This document shows positions 1 through 8,460 of a stretch of DNA of 64,000 nucleotides, one piece after another; the stretch's first letter is position 1, and each line of letters opens with the position of its first letter. The position numbers and the translations under genes are program-made. This DNA comes from an uncultured Fluviicola sp. (GTDB taxonomy: Bacteria > Bacteroidota > Bacteroidia > Flavobacteriales_D > Crocinitomicaceae). The notes under the pieces are model-generated. The model saw only the letters and a program-made list of their open reading frames with translations, was not told where the DNA came from and made no database searches. The stretch is taken from the NCBI GenBank assembly GCA_966212075.1, contig CBIHOM010000010.1, positions 50,573-114,572 on the forward strand, given 5' to 3'.

Positions 1-40
1 CAACTACCGCTAAACTGATTGAAAATATAAAACGTGCCAT
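1..40 (-). CDS. 5' end of a probable secreted protein running off the window (MARFIFSISLAVV...)
   Basis: ATG at 40 after A-rich context (aaaaattaagagtATG); hydrophobic signal-peptide-like N-terminus; frame open to the window edge. Confidence 0.5.
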   Translation of the reverse strand, partial: MARFIFSISLAVV

Positions 41-246
41 ACTCTTAATTTTTAATGAACCGTTTCAGCCTGGTAATGAGATATAGACAACAACTATACC
101 AAGCAAAAAAAGTTACATTGCAAGTATGGCCGGCAAGAACTAAATCGTTTTCATAACACTGGAAAAATCACATTGAAAACACGCAAACCACCAGTGTTTA
201 CTGGCCATTCGCATTTTAACACTTTTATACTTTTCCAAAAGAGTGA

Positions 247-313
247 TAAATATACCCTTCGAAAAGGATCAGGAAAGTCATTCAAAATGAAAGTCGGTTT
301 TTTCAATTTGAAA
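247..313 (-). promoter_or_regulatory. Tandem TTCA-N3-TGAA palindromes plus a -7-like box upstream of the partial gene
   Basis: TTCAAAATGAAA 281-292 and TTCAATTTGAAA 302-313 (21-bp period); TATATTTA on the minus strand at 254-247. Confidence 0.5.
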
Positions 314-318
314 ACAAA

Positions 319-939
319 TCACTCCAAACCATTCTTCATCGCCCATTTCAGCAAAACGTTCTTTTCTTTTGGAAGACCCAATTTTTCAATAATATTGGAA
401 CGGTGTCCTTCAATGGTTTTTTCTGACAGGAAAAGCATTTCTGCAATCTGCTTGCTTGTTTTTTGCTGCGCGATCAGCTCGATGATCTTCCGCTCCGAAA
501 AGGTTAGTTTATCCAATTCACCGGTCCCTGTTTCCCGGACACTTACCAGGTCACTCATCAACGAATCACTCACGTACTGGTTTCCTTTCGCCACTTCAGC
601 CAGACAATTTTTCAATTCAACCTGTGCATGCTCCTTCAGAATGTAGCCATAAACTCCGTATTCTTTCGATTTATTGTAAATCGTCATCTCATTGTGCATG
701 GTCAACAGGATGATTTTGGTCCTGAGTTTCAGCTCCTGTACTTTCTTGGCAACATCCAGGCCATCCATTGCCGGCATGTTGATATCCAAAATAGCAATGT
801 CCGGAGTCCGGAGCTGGATCATGTTTAAGGCTGAAACGCCATTTGCACAGGTTGCAATAACCTGGTATCCGTAAGATTCCACAAAACTCTGGGTTCCCTG
901 TAGTGTAAAGGGATGATCGTCAGCAATTACGACTGTCAT
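319..939 (-). CDS. NarL/FixJ-family response regulator (REC + LuxR HTH)
   Basis: VVIADDH, ILDINMP phospho-Asp, LLTMH, YILK; LTFSER...IAEMLFLSEKTIEGHRSNI LuxR-type HTH. Confidence 0.95.
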   Translation of the reverse strand: MTVVIADDHPFTLQGTQSFVESYGYQVIATCANGVSALNMIQLRTPDIAILDINMPAMDGLDVAKKVQELKLRTKIILLTMHNEMTIYNKSKEYGVYGYILKEHAQVELKNCLAEVAKGNQYVSDSLMSDLVSVRETGTGELDKLTFSERKIIELIAQQKTSKQIAEMLFLSEKTIEGHRSNIIEKLGLPKEKNVLLKWAMKNGLE

Positions 940-2927
940 GTTGTTTTCTTTAAGTCAATAGTGATTATGGTACCGTTTTTATCGGAGTGAATTTTTGCAT
1001 GTCCCCCGATAGCTTTACTCCTTTGAATGATATTATGTAAACCGAACGCATCTTTTTTTGAAAGAGTTTCAGGCACATTAAATCCTTTTCCGTTGTCTTT
1101 TATTTGGATCATCAAGTCTTCTTGGCTTTCACGGATAATAATTTTTGCAGCCACGGCATCCGCATACTTGATAATATTGGAAAGTGCCTCCTGGATAATC
1201 CTGTAAACCTGCAACTCCTCTGAAACAGATAAGGAACTGCAATAAACGATATCCGAAGTAACCATCAATTGGTTCACAGACTGTGCACGATCCAGCAACT
1301 GATTGATACTTGCAGACAATCCTACTTTCTCAAACATCACAGGATGCAGGTTCCGGCTGATACTGCGTATGTCTTTAATGATCATGTCGATCTTCTCTCC
1401 GGAAACAGTTTTGTCTTCCAATGAATGTTTCAGGTTCAGCAACTCATGGCTCACACTGTCGTGCAGGTCACTTGCAATACGTCTTCGCTCCTCTTCTGTT
1501 TTATCCAGCAAACGCTTGGTGTATTGTTTGGCACGTTTATTCTCCTGTTTAATCTTTTTCTGTTTCTGACGGGAAAAAACAATAAACACCATTAGGATCA
1601 AACCCATCAGAAGAGAAAACAATAATGCAATGGTCATCTTCCCTTGATAGATCGTTTCTTTTTGCAATGCAATTTGCCGTTCCTTTCGCTCGGTTTTATG
1701 AAATTTATCCAACTCCATGGTCTTCGCGATGATTCGCTGATCACTGATCTTATTCTCAGCCTCTTTCAGTTTTTCGGAATAAAAATAAGCAAGCCGGTAA
1801 TTTTTTGTCAGGACTGCATTGTCTTTGAGAACCTCTGCAAAGGCAATTTGATTTTGATGATCTTCCTGTTCTTCAGCAATTTGCAAAACCCGCTTTATCA
1901 ATTGAATATCCTGAATCCCTTCTCCCGAACCGATCTGGTATTCAGCGAGTGAAATCAGGTATTCAATATCAGATGTCGGAGCATTTAATTCATCTGCGAG
2001 CACTTTCATGCGATCCAGGATTTCTTTTGCTTCCCAAATCCGTTTTTTTTGAAGTAAACTCTGTACGTAAAAACTCGACAAAGAAAGTTCCAGTGATTCA
2101 TCAATCAGTTTACTCCTTTTAAATAGAGAATAAGTTGAATCAATGAGCTTATATTGATCCCGGTGTTCCATTTCCTGGTAAAGAATAATCTTGTTATACA
2201 GCGATGTGAACATATTGACAGTATCATTTACTTTTTTAAAGGCTTTCATTGCCTTATTAAAGTAAGCATCCGCATCTTTGTAGTTTTTGGTGTAAAGGCT
2301 TACAAGCGCAAGGTTATCATAGACTCCTCCTTTTCCGGTAATATCATCTGTTTTATTAAACCATTGAAGTGCCTTTAAATCATTTTGAAGCGCTTTTTCG
2401 TGCTCACCCATAGCAAAATAGCAGAATGCCATATCGCCATAGCCGTGTGCAACGTCGACACACGTATAATAATCAGTTGGTTTATTTCTGACCAGGCTCC
2501 GGAAGTACGGCAATGCTTTCCGGTATTCATTCTGATTGATGTTGTAATTTCCCTGGTACGAATCGATGAAAAGTGTCTGGTCCCATGGAAGCTTGGCTTT
2601 AAAGTATTTTTTGAACTTCCGAATTTTATTCAGGGTACTTTCCCGGAAAAGGGAGAAATACATTTCCTGTTCCGCCAATTCCCCTAATGCGATCGCTGCT
2701 TTGTCATAATGTCCGAGTTTCAGATGCTTTTTATAATAGGCATTGAATACAGGATAAAAGGTAGAATCGTGAAAATGGGCTCTTTTTGAAAGCCAGATGC
2801 AGGTGTCATCCAGGTGTGTCCTTGTTTCCTCGTGATAAATAACTTCACTGTCAGGTTCGCTGCATGCACCTGAAAAAAGCAGTAACAGTAATGCGACACC
2901 CAAAAGTTTTGTTAATCGTTTATTCAT
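936..2927 (-). CDS. TPR-containing sensor histidine kinase (HisKA_3 type)
   Basis: Likely start at 2927 (ORF open to 2972) with signal LLLFSGAC; TPR-like helices; TM helix; ERRRIASDLHDSV H-box; IIQEALSNIIKYA, DNGKGF, GLHNI; 4-bp overlap with the regulator. Confidence 0.92.
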   Translation of the reverse strand: MNKRLTKLLGVALLLLLFSGACSEPDSEVIYHEETRTHLDDTCIWLSKRAHFHDSTFYPVFNAYYKKHLKLGHYDKAAIALGELAEQEMYFSLFRESTLNKIRKFKKYFKAKLPWDQTLFIDSYQGNYNINQNEYRKALPYFRSLVRNKPTDYYTCVDVAHGYGDMAFCYFAMGEHEKALQNDLKALQWFNKTDDITGKGGVYDNLALVSLYTKNYKDADAYFNKAMKAFKKVNDTVNMFTSLYNKIILYQEMEHRDQYKLIDSTYSLFKRSKLIDESLELSLSSFYVQSLLQKKRIWEAKEILDRMKVLADELNAPTSDIEYLISLAEYQIGSGEGIQDIQLIKRVLQIAEEQEDHQNQIAFAEVLKDNAVLTKNYRLAYFYSEKLKEAENKISDQRIIAKTMELDKFHKTERKERQIALQKETIYQGKMTIALLFSLLMGLILMVFIVFSRQKQKKIKQENKRAKQYTKRLLDKTEEERRRIASDLHDSVSHELLNLKHSLEDKTVSGEKIDMIIKDIRSISRNLHPVMFEKVGLSASINQLLDRAQSVNQLMVTSDIVYCSSLSVSEELQVYRIIQEALSNIIKYADAVAAKIIIRESQEDLMIQIKDNGKGFNVPETLSKKDAFGLHNIIQRSKAIGGHAKIHSDKNGTIITIDLKKTT

Positions 2928-3121
2928 CAACAGCGAATTTCGCTTTAAAAATACCTGTTTGAAACGGATCAAACGCTTTCTGATCTAAAATTGAGGGTTT
3001 CCCCTTAGTTGACAAAACAGGTAAATAACGGACATTTGCGCATATTAAATCGGGTACATATTTACCCGTTTAACCAAAGCAAACTAATAAACAACCCTAT
3101 AACAACTACTTGTAGCGTAAG

Positions 3122-3160
3122 AAAAAATCCTCCATCAGTAAAAACCGACGGAGGATTTTT
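3122..3160 (-). terminator. Intrinsic terminator
   Basis: aaaaatcctcc/ggaggattttt stem; the inner stem pairs through G.U wobbles only on the minus strand; U-tract follows. Confidence 0.75.
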
Positions 3161-3255
3161 GTCTAATACACCCTCATTATAACATGTTTTTTCCGACGAT
3201 GTAACTTTACGCAAGTGTAAGTGGTTGCATATTTTATTTCAATGAATAGTCAGTT

Positions 3256-3289
3256 AAAAGAGCAGAGGTCGCTACTACCTCTGCTCTTT
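3256..3289 (-). terminator. Intrinsic terminator after the 139-aa gene
   Basis: 13-bp perfect stem aaagagcagaggt/acctctgctcttt, 7-nt loop. Confidence 0.75.
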
Positions 3290-3359
3290 CCTGTGAAAGC
3301 TAACATTAGGTTTTGTTGTTGTAGTTCTTGTTTCAGTGTATAGCGGTGGTAATATCTTT

Positions 3360-3779
3360 TTACATTGCGGCTTTTTCGCTATTAATTTCTTGTTGTAGTG
3401 TGTTAATTGCACTTTTCAACTGGTGGATAAAACTTCTGCTTGGGAACTGATCGGTAATCGATTCCGGAAAGTCTGAAGGGATATCCATCCCATTGGCGTA
3501 GTGCAGGTACAATACATAATAGTTCTTCAAATACTCATTTTGAATAGCCAAATACGTATTCACCGTGTTCATTTTATTCGCTATCGCTGTCATCAGCAAC
3601 TGTTTATAAGACCTGTCAGGAAACTTATCCAGATGCTTCTGAGGAAAATCAAAGGACAACATTTCTCCGTTGGAAAAATGCCAATACAATTCAAAATAAG
3701 ACTCCAACTCGTTGATCTCACTCAAAACCATTTCAGCATCCGGAAGTGGTGAAAGCCCTATTTCTGCACATATTTCCAT
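3360..3779 (-). CDS. Hypothetical protein of two tandem 59-aa repeats
   Basis: ATG after gaagaaaa; upstream -7 box and downstream terminator; residues 28-66 align to 87-125. Confidence 0.8.
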   Translation of the reverse strand: MEICAEIGLSPLPDAEMVLSEINELESYFELYWHFSNGEMLSFDFPQKHLDKFPDRSYKQLLMTAIANKMNTVNTYLAIQNEYLKNYYVLYLHYANGMDIPSDFPESITDQFPSRSFIHQLKSAINTLQQEINSEKAAM

Positions 3780-3830
3780 TTTTCTTCACTTAGCCCGCAA
3801 CCCTTGTCAGAATTGCACTGTTGACAGGAA

Positions 3831-3898
3831 CAAGTATAGGGCGATTGCAGATACGAAAGCAGCAGAATGTCATGAAATACGAAATCGATGTCATGAAA
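3831..3898 (-). promoter_or_regulatory. Putative LytTR-binding direct repeat and -7 promoter box
   Basis: ATGTCATGAAA exactly at 3867-3877 and 3888-3898; TATACTTG on the minus strand at 3838-3831. Confidence 0.65.
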
Positions 3899-4167
3899 AG
3901 AAGAAAAGAAAGCATGGAATTTTTTTCAATCGTCAATGATGAATGAAAAAGAGCCATCTTTTCTTTATTTCAGGGTGTTTTGAATCCGTTACAAATAACA
4001 GGAGAGGGACTTTTGAAATAAGATCTGATCTTTTTTAGCGGATTGATACTAGTTGACAAAATGCACAATTACAGTTTTGCCTGCTTTTCCTGCCTTGGCG
4101 AAAAGTAGGGAGAAAAGAGGATTATTGGGAGGTGTTGGAAATTCAACCGGGCAACACTGATTGATAA

Positions 4168-4914
4168 TTACTTAATAATCTTGAATTGGTTCAGAACCTC
4201 TTTGTAGTGGTCACTGATGGGAATATGTGATTTATTGCTCATCACCAATAAACCATCGGACGGTTGGATCTCTTCGATTTCATGTGCATTCACAATGTGA
4301 TTGCGGTGCACACGGTAAAATTTAGCCGGATCCAGCAGGTTGATCACTTTCGTAAGCGAGATCTGGATCACAAACTTTTCGGCTCCTGTAAAAATGGAGC
4401 AATAACGCTCCTCTACTTCAATATTGATGATATCGGAAACCGCTACTTTTTTAAGCGCATCCTTTTTCTTAATGAATAAAAAATCGGAACTGATAACCGT
4501 ATCTTCCTCATCACTTTGAAAGATGTCAGGCTGACCATAGAATTTCTCTATCGCCATTTCCAATGCGTAAAGTACTTCCAATGGATTAAATGGTTTCAAC
4601 AAAAAACTGTATGGTTTTGTCAATTTTGCACGCTCAAAAATACTTCGATCCGTAGAGCTGGTAAGAAAAACAAAAGGCCTGGATGACTCCGGAACATTAT
4701 TAAGCGTCTCAGCAAAAGTGATCCCTTCAGGAATTCCATTGAGGAAAATATCGATCACCACAATGTCTACTTTGTTTGCGTAAAAAAGCTGCAACGCTTC
4801 CTGGTGCGATCGTGCCACACCTACAATGTCGAATTGACTTTCCGTCAATGTATCAATCAATTTATCACTCTCAGCTACCGTATCTTCAACAATCAGGACC
4901 TTAATTTTTTCCAT
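4168..4914 (-). CDS. LytTR-family response regulator
   Basis: VLIVED, VVIDIFL, FLTS, FLLKPF receiver motifs; C-terminal FYRVHRNHIVN LytTR signature. Confidence 0.95.
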   Translation of the reverse strand: MEKIKVLIVEDTVAESDKLIDTLTESQFDIVGVARSHQEALQLFYANKVDIVVIDIFLNGIPEGITFAETLNNVPESSRPFVFLTSSTDRSIFERAKLTKPYSFLLKPFNPLEVLYALEMAIEKFYGQPDIFQSDEEDTVISSDFLFIKKKDALKKVAVSDIINIEVEERYCSIFTGAEKFVIQISLTKVINLLDPAKFYRVHRNHIVNAHEIEEIQPSDGLLVMSNKSHIPISDHYKEVLNQFKIIK

Positions 4915-6655
4915 CAGCACATTTCTTTAGGGTAACGATCAGCTTCGTTCCCTCATTTTGTCGACTCCAAATATCTAATTTCCCGTCGTTTTTTGCTAGC
5001 ATTGCGCGACATAAATTCATCCCCAGGCCGGAACCAATTGTTTTTTCGTGGTCTTTTTTCGTTAATTGCGGTGAATCACTCAGCAATTTCAGGCGGGTTT
5101 CTTCCGACATTCCCCTTCCGGTATCTTCCCAGACAAACACGACACTGTCTTCACGTTCACTTTCCAGGCTAACCGAGATATGTGAACCCGGATCTGAAAA
5201 CTTGATGCTGTTATCCATGAAATTACGCAATACGATCTTGATCGATTCAGCGTCCACAAACACTTTTATTGCTTTTGGCACCGTGTTCTCAAACATAATC
5301 CCTTTCTGATGCAACACTCCTTTGAAATTAAATGCCACTTGGTCAATCAACATGCTTAAGCGATGTTCCTCCTGCTTAAAATAACCGCCTTCGGTTTGCA
5401 GGAGCGCCCAATTCAATAAATTATCGAGCATGTTGTAGGTATTGGTTGCAATCACACTGTTTTCTTCCAATTGATTTTCCAAACTGCTGTATTCCTGTTT
5501 TTGAACCTTGTCCTTCAATTTGGTATTGCTGACACTTAACGCGTGCACTGATGATCTCAGGTCATGGCTGACAATGGAGAACAACTGGTCTTTGGTTGCA
5601 TTCAGGAGGTCCAACTCCTGCTTTTGGCGCAAAATTACCCGTGAGCGCAATACATTCTGGCGGTAAAAGTAAGTCCCGAAAATCACAATTGCCATCAGGA
5701 GCAAGGCAGCAAAAAGATAAGTATTTAACCGGGCTTGTTTCAGTTTATTTTCGGTTTCCAATAACTCTACACGCTTCTGTTTATCTGCTATTGCTAGTTT
5801 TTTTTCTATTTGGGCAACTTCGTATATTTTGTTTTGATCGCTGAGTGAATCGTTCCAGCTTTCATATTCCTTCCGGTAATTTAGAGCCAGGTCATAACGT
5901 TTCCGGTTCTCCTCCACTACCGCCATATTATTAGCCGATTTTAATTTTAGCTCTATAGAACCATATTTTTTAGACAGCCAATATGCCTTCTCAAAATAGG
6001 CAATGGCTTTTTCGTCGAGGTATTGCTCATAATAAACGCTGCCCAGGTTCGTATAAACATCAATTAGTGAAGTGTAATCTTTTCGTTCCTCTATCTTTTG
6101 AGCAGCCTGAAGCAAATACTTTTCAGATTCCATGTAATTTCCCAAATGCAGGTAACAAACCCCCATATTCTGCAACAAGGCATCGATTCGAATCGTTTGA
6201 ATGTCCTTTCTATGGGTTGTATCGATCGTTTTAAATAAACCCAAAGCCTGATGGTATTTTTCCTGTGAAAAGAAAATCCCTCCTTTATTGAAACGAATCA
6301 TGGTGTGGAATTCAAAATCTTTTCGAACCAGGTCAAATTCCTTCAAGGCATACTTGAAAATTCCTTTTTTATGAAATGCTTCTGCCCGGTAATAGTGGAT
6401 AAAATCGAGTATTTTTTTGTTTCGGATCTGTTGCAAACATTTTTGAGTATTCACCAATACCGAATCCCAGTTTTCGTCCTTCGCAAAAGCAATTGTCATG
6501 GATAAAGCCCTTAAATTCGGTTGCCTGGCAGCCAGCTCACTTGCTTTTTGATCAATAAAACGATTACTTTCATCACGTTTGGCAAAGGAATGAAAGGAAA
6601 TCAAAAAAAGTGCCCCGAGCAGAGACACTTTTAATTTATGTAGGAATGTATTCAA
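4901..6655 (-). CDS. TPR-containing sensor histidine kinase (HisKA + HATPase)
   Basis: Signal peptide; TPR motifs (LLQNMGVCYLHLGNY, YTNLGSVYYEQ); TM helix; FSIVSHDLRS H-box; LRNFMDNSIKFS, DTGRGM, GSGLGM. Confidence 0.95.
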   Translation of the reverse strand: MNTFLHKLKVSLLGALFLISFHSFAKRDESNRFIDQKASELAARQPNLRALSMTIAFAKDENWDSVLVNTQKCLQQIRNKKILDFIHYYRAEAFHKKGIFKYALKEFDLVRKDFEFHTMIRFNKGGIFFSQEKYHQALGLFKTIDTTHRKDIQTIRIDALLQNMGVCYLHLGNYMESEKYLLQAAQKIEERKDYTSLIDVYTNLGSVYYEQYLDEKAIAYFEKAYWLSKKYGSIELKLKSANNMAVVEENRKRYDLALNYRKEYESWNDSLSDQNKIYEVAQIEKKLAIADKQKRVELLETENKLKQARLNTYLFAALLLMAIVIFGTYFYRQNVLRSRVILRQKQELDLLNATKDQLFSIVSHDLRSSVHALSVSNTKLKDKVQKQEYSSLENQLEENSVIATNTYNMLDNLLNWALLQTEGGYFKQEEHRLSMLIDQVAFNFKGVLHQKGIMFENTVPKAIKVFVDAESIKIVLRNFMDNSIKFSDPGSHISVSLESEREDSVVFVWEDTGRGMSEETRLKLLSDSPQLTKKDHEKTIGSGLGMNLCRAMLAKNDGKLDIWSRQNEGTKLIVTLKKCADGKN

Positions 6656-6668
6656 ACAGAATATCGGT

Positions 6669-7088
6669 TTAATTCTCAGTGGTTCTTACAGAAGTCATAA
6701 TGCCCCGTGAAGTTTTCGGACCAACTGTATTAACCAGTAAATTGTATACTGACAGGATCGCACCTAAATCAATACCTCGTCCGCCCGCATCAGTTGCAGA
6801 CGCTTGAAAGGAACAAGTTATCGATTGAGGGGTTGCAGATGAACTTGAACCGTAAACAGCATAAAACTGGAGGTTGGATGCATTATCAGGAGTATAATAT
6901 TGTTTGATAGATACTTGATTCGGATTCAAATCTCCTGGAATCGTAAATGTCATTATGACAATTAGTTTCCCGGTTCCAGTGTTGTATTCCGCATCAATAG
7001 CAGTTGGATCTGCTAAGTTCGGTGCACTCGTTGGAATGATTGGTACTGCAACCGGTTGAACAGTGTAAGTTTGAATGGTAGTCTCCAT
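6669..7088 (-). CDS. Hypothetical T/S/P-rich protein, first gene of the kinase operon
   Basis: ATG after aaaaaaagcgtt; 13-nt gap to the kinase start; no signal peptide; C-terminus GPKTSRGIMTSVRTTEN. Confidence 0.8.
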   Translation of the reverse strand: METTIQTYTVQPVAVPIIPTSAPNLADPTAIDAEYNTGTGKLIVIMTFTIPGDLNPNQVSIKQYYTPDNASNLQFYAVYGSSSSATPQSITCSFQASATDAGGRGIDLGAILSVYNLLVNTVGPKTSRGIMTSVRTTEN

Positions 7089-7482
7089 AACGCTTTTTTT
7101 TAGTTAGACAAAAGTTTGTAAATATGCTTTTTTTACACAAAAAAATAAAGAGTTCCCCAGTGAAAAAAACGGAATTTTTGGTTTCCCTGTTACGCAAGAA
7201 CACTCAATTTATCGGCTTTTAAAAATAGCCTAAATTTTGTTTAAAAGCTTACAAAAATCAATTAATATCAAATTTTACTAAACAGATTTGTTTAAATAAC
7301 AAATCCGAAATTTCATTGACAGGCAATTTCAACCTGTTCACTCAATTTTCGGGTTAATTCAACATCTTTTGTATTCAAACTGACCCCATCCTCCGTAGCT
7401 TTATAGCATAGAAAGAACTTATAGCGTAAAAACAAGATCTTTCAGGAATACAACTTATACTAGCAACTCTTGTTCGGTTAGG

Positions 7483-7518
7483 AAAAAAACCGCAATCTCC
7501 CATCGATTGCGGTTTTTT
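7483..7518. terminator. Bidirectional intrinsic terminator
   Basis: aaaaaaccgcaatc/gattgcggtttttt. Confidence 0.8.
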
Positions 7519-7534
7519 ATTTTCATATTTAAAC

Positions 7535-7596
7535 TCCGCCGGCGAGAATATCCCTGCTTATCCTCCGCTGGCGCGAGTGTCTTGCTCGTACCCTAC
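7535..7596 (-). repeat. REP-like imperfect palindrome plus a degenerate tandem copy
   Basis: GTAGGGTACGAGCAAGACACTCGCGCCAGCGG on the minus strand (7596-7565); second CTCGC-CGGCGGAG near 7535-7547. Confidence 0.55.
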
Positions 7597-8351
7597 CCCA
7601 CAATCCCTACACTCACCCCATCCGCCAAGACATAAAGCGCGCCGTTCTTCTCCTGCAAAAATGCGATCGCCACAACCCCAATCCGTGAATGAATCCCCAT
7701 CGGGTCAATAACACATGTAAAATCAGCTGGCGGCATGGAATTTTCAAGGGAAATAATGGATTCCGGTGCCGGGTAAACGATATATCGATTAGTTTCAAAA
7801 TCGAGCGAAACAATAGCCGCTTTTATTTGAACATGAGTAGCACCTTTCGGAGCATTGAAAAAGTCACGGGCTGGCGCGAGCATCATACTCGTGTCACTGG
7901 CAAAACAAATAACACCCGTCATCATATCACAACTGATTCGCCCGGTATAGACAGCAGAAATAGGCCTTGCAGCATAAAATGCAAACGATCGCAGAAGCTC
8001 CCGCGAACTTGACTCGTCAAATACCGTCGCTGGATTTCGCATACCGCGAATCGCAGAAAGATCATGCTTCCCCATTCGGATTAAAATCCCCGTTAATCGT
8101 TGGGAAACAATTGAATCTCCCGTAAATGCCGTCGACGCTCTTACTGCCCGCCGGATAAGTTTCCCTGCAACAGCTGCAAGCGCAAATTCAGCAGCATTTT
8201 CACGGGTTCGTGCAAACTGCTCATTGCGTAGTACCTGCTCCCTGTCCGGTCCGCCCTTCTGTCTGACGAGATAACCATACTGCTTATTGTGATAAAATGA
8301 AAGGTCGCCTAGCTTGCCTTTAAATCGAAGTGGTCCTGCCTGATGTGCCAT
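7593..8351 (-). CDS. Hypothetical protein (Bacteroidota family starting MAxQxG..xxxGxxGxxxFY)
   Basis: 252-aa ORF with ATG; basic N-terminus with RTRENAAEF; family recalled from memory, no function known to me. Confidence 0.8.
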   Translation of the reverse strand: MAHQAGPLRFKGKLGDLSFYHNKQYGYLVRQKGGPDREQVLRNEQFARTRENAAEFALAAVAGKLIRRAVRASTAFTGDSIVSQRLTGILIRMGKHDLSAIRGMRNPATVFDESSSRELLRSFAFYAARPISAVYTGRISCDMMTGVICFASDTSMMLAPARDFFNAPKGATHVQIKAAIVSLDFETNRYIVYPAPESIISLENSMPPADFTCVIDPMGIHSRIGVVAIAFLQEKNGALYVLADGVSVGIVG

Positions 8352-8460
8352 AGTGAATAATGTTGGTTACAGGATACAACGTTCACCATAACGGATTAGT
8401 ACACAATAACATCATATTTAAACAACTTTTAACCTTATTACAAACTTGATTGATACAATA

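Noticed and set aside
173-646. 157-aa plus-strand ORF and the many other antisense or nested ORFs in the track
   Set aside because: They overlap well-supported genes and lack recognisable motifs; shadow ORFs, often periodic in repeat-rich genes
7396-7518. Plus-strand sRNA ending at the 7483-7518 hairpin
   Set aside because: The hairpin is explained as the terminator of the 252-aa gene; the candidate -33/-7 spacing (24 nt) is off consensus
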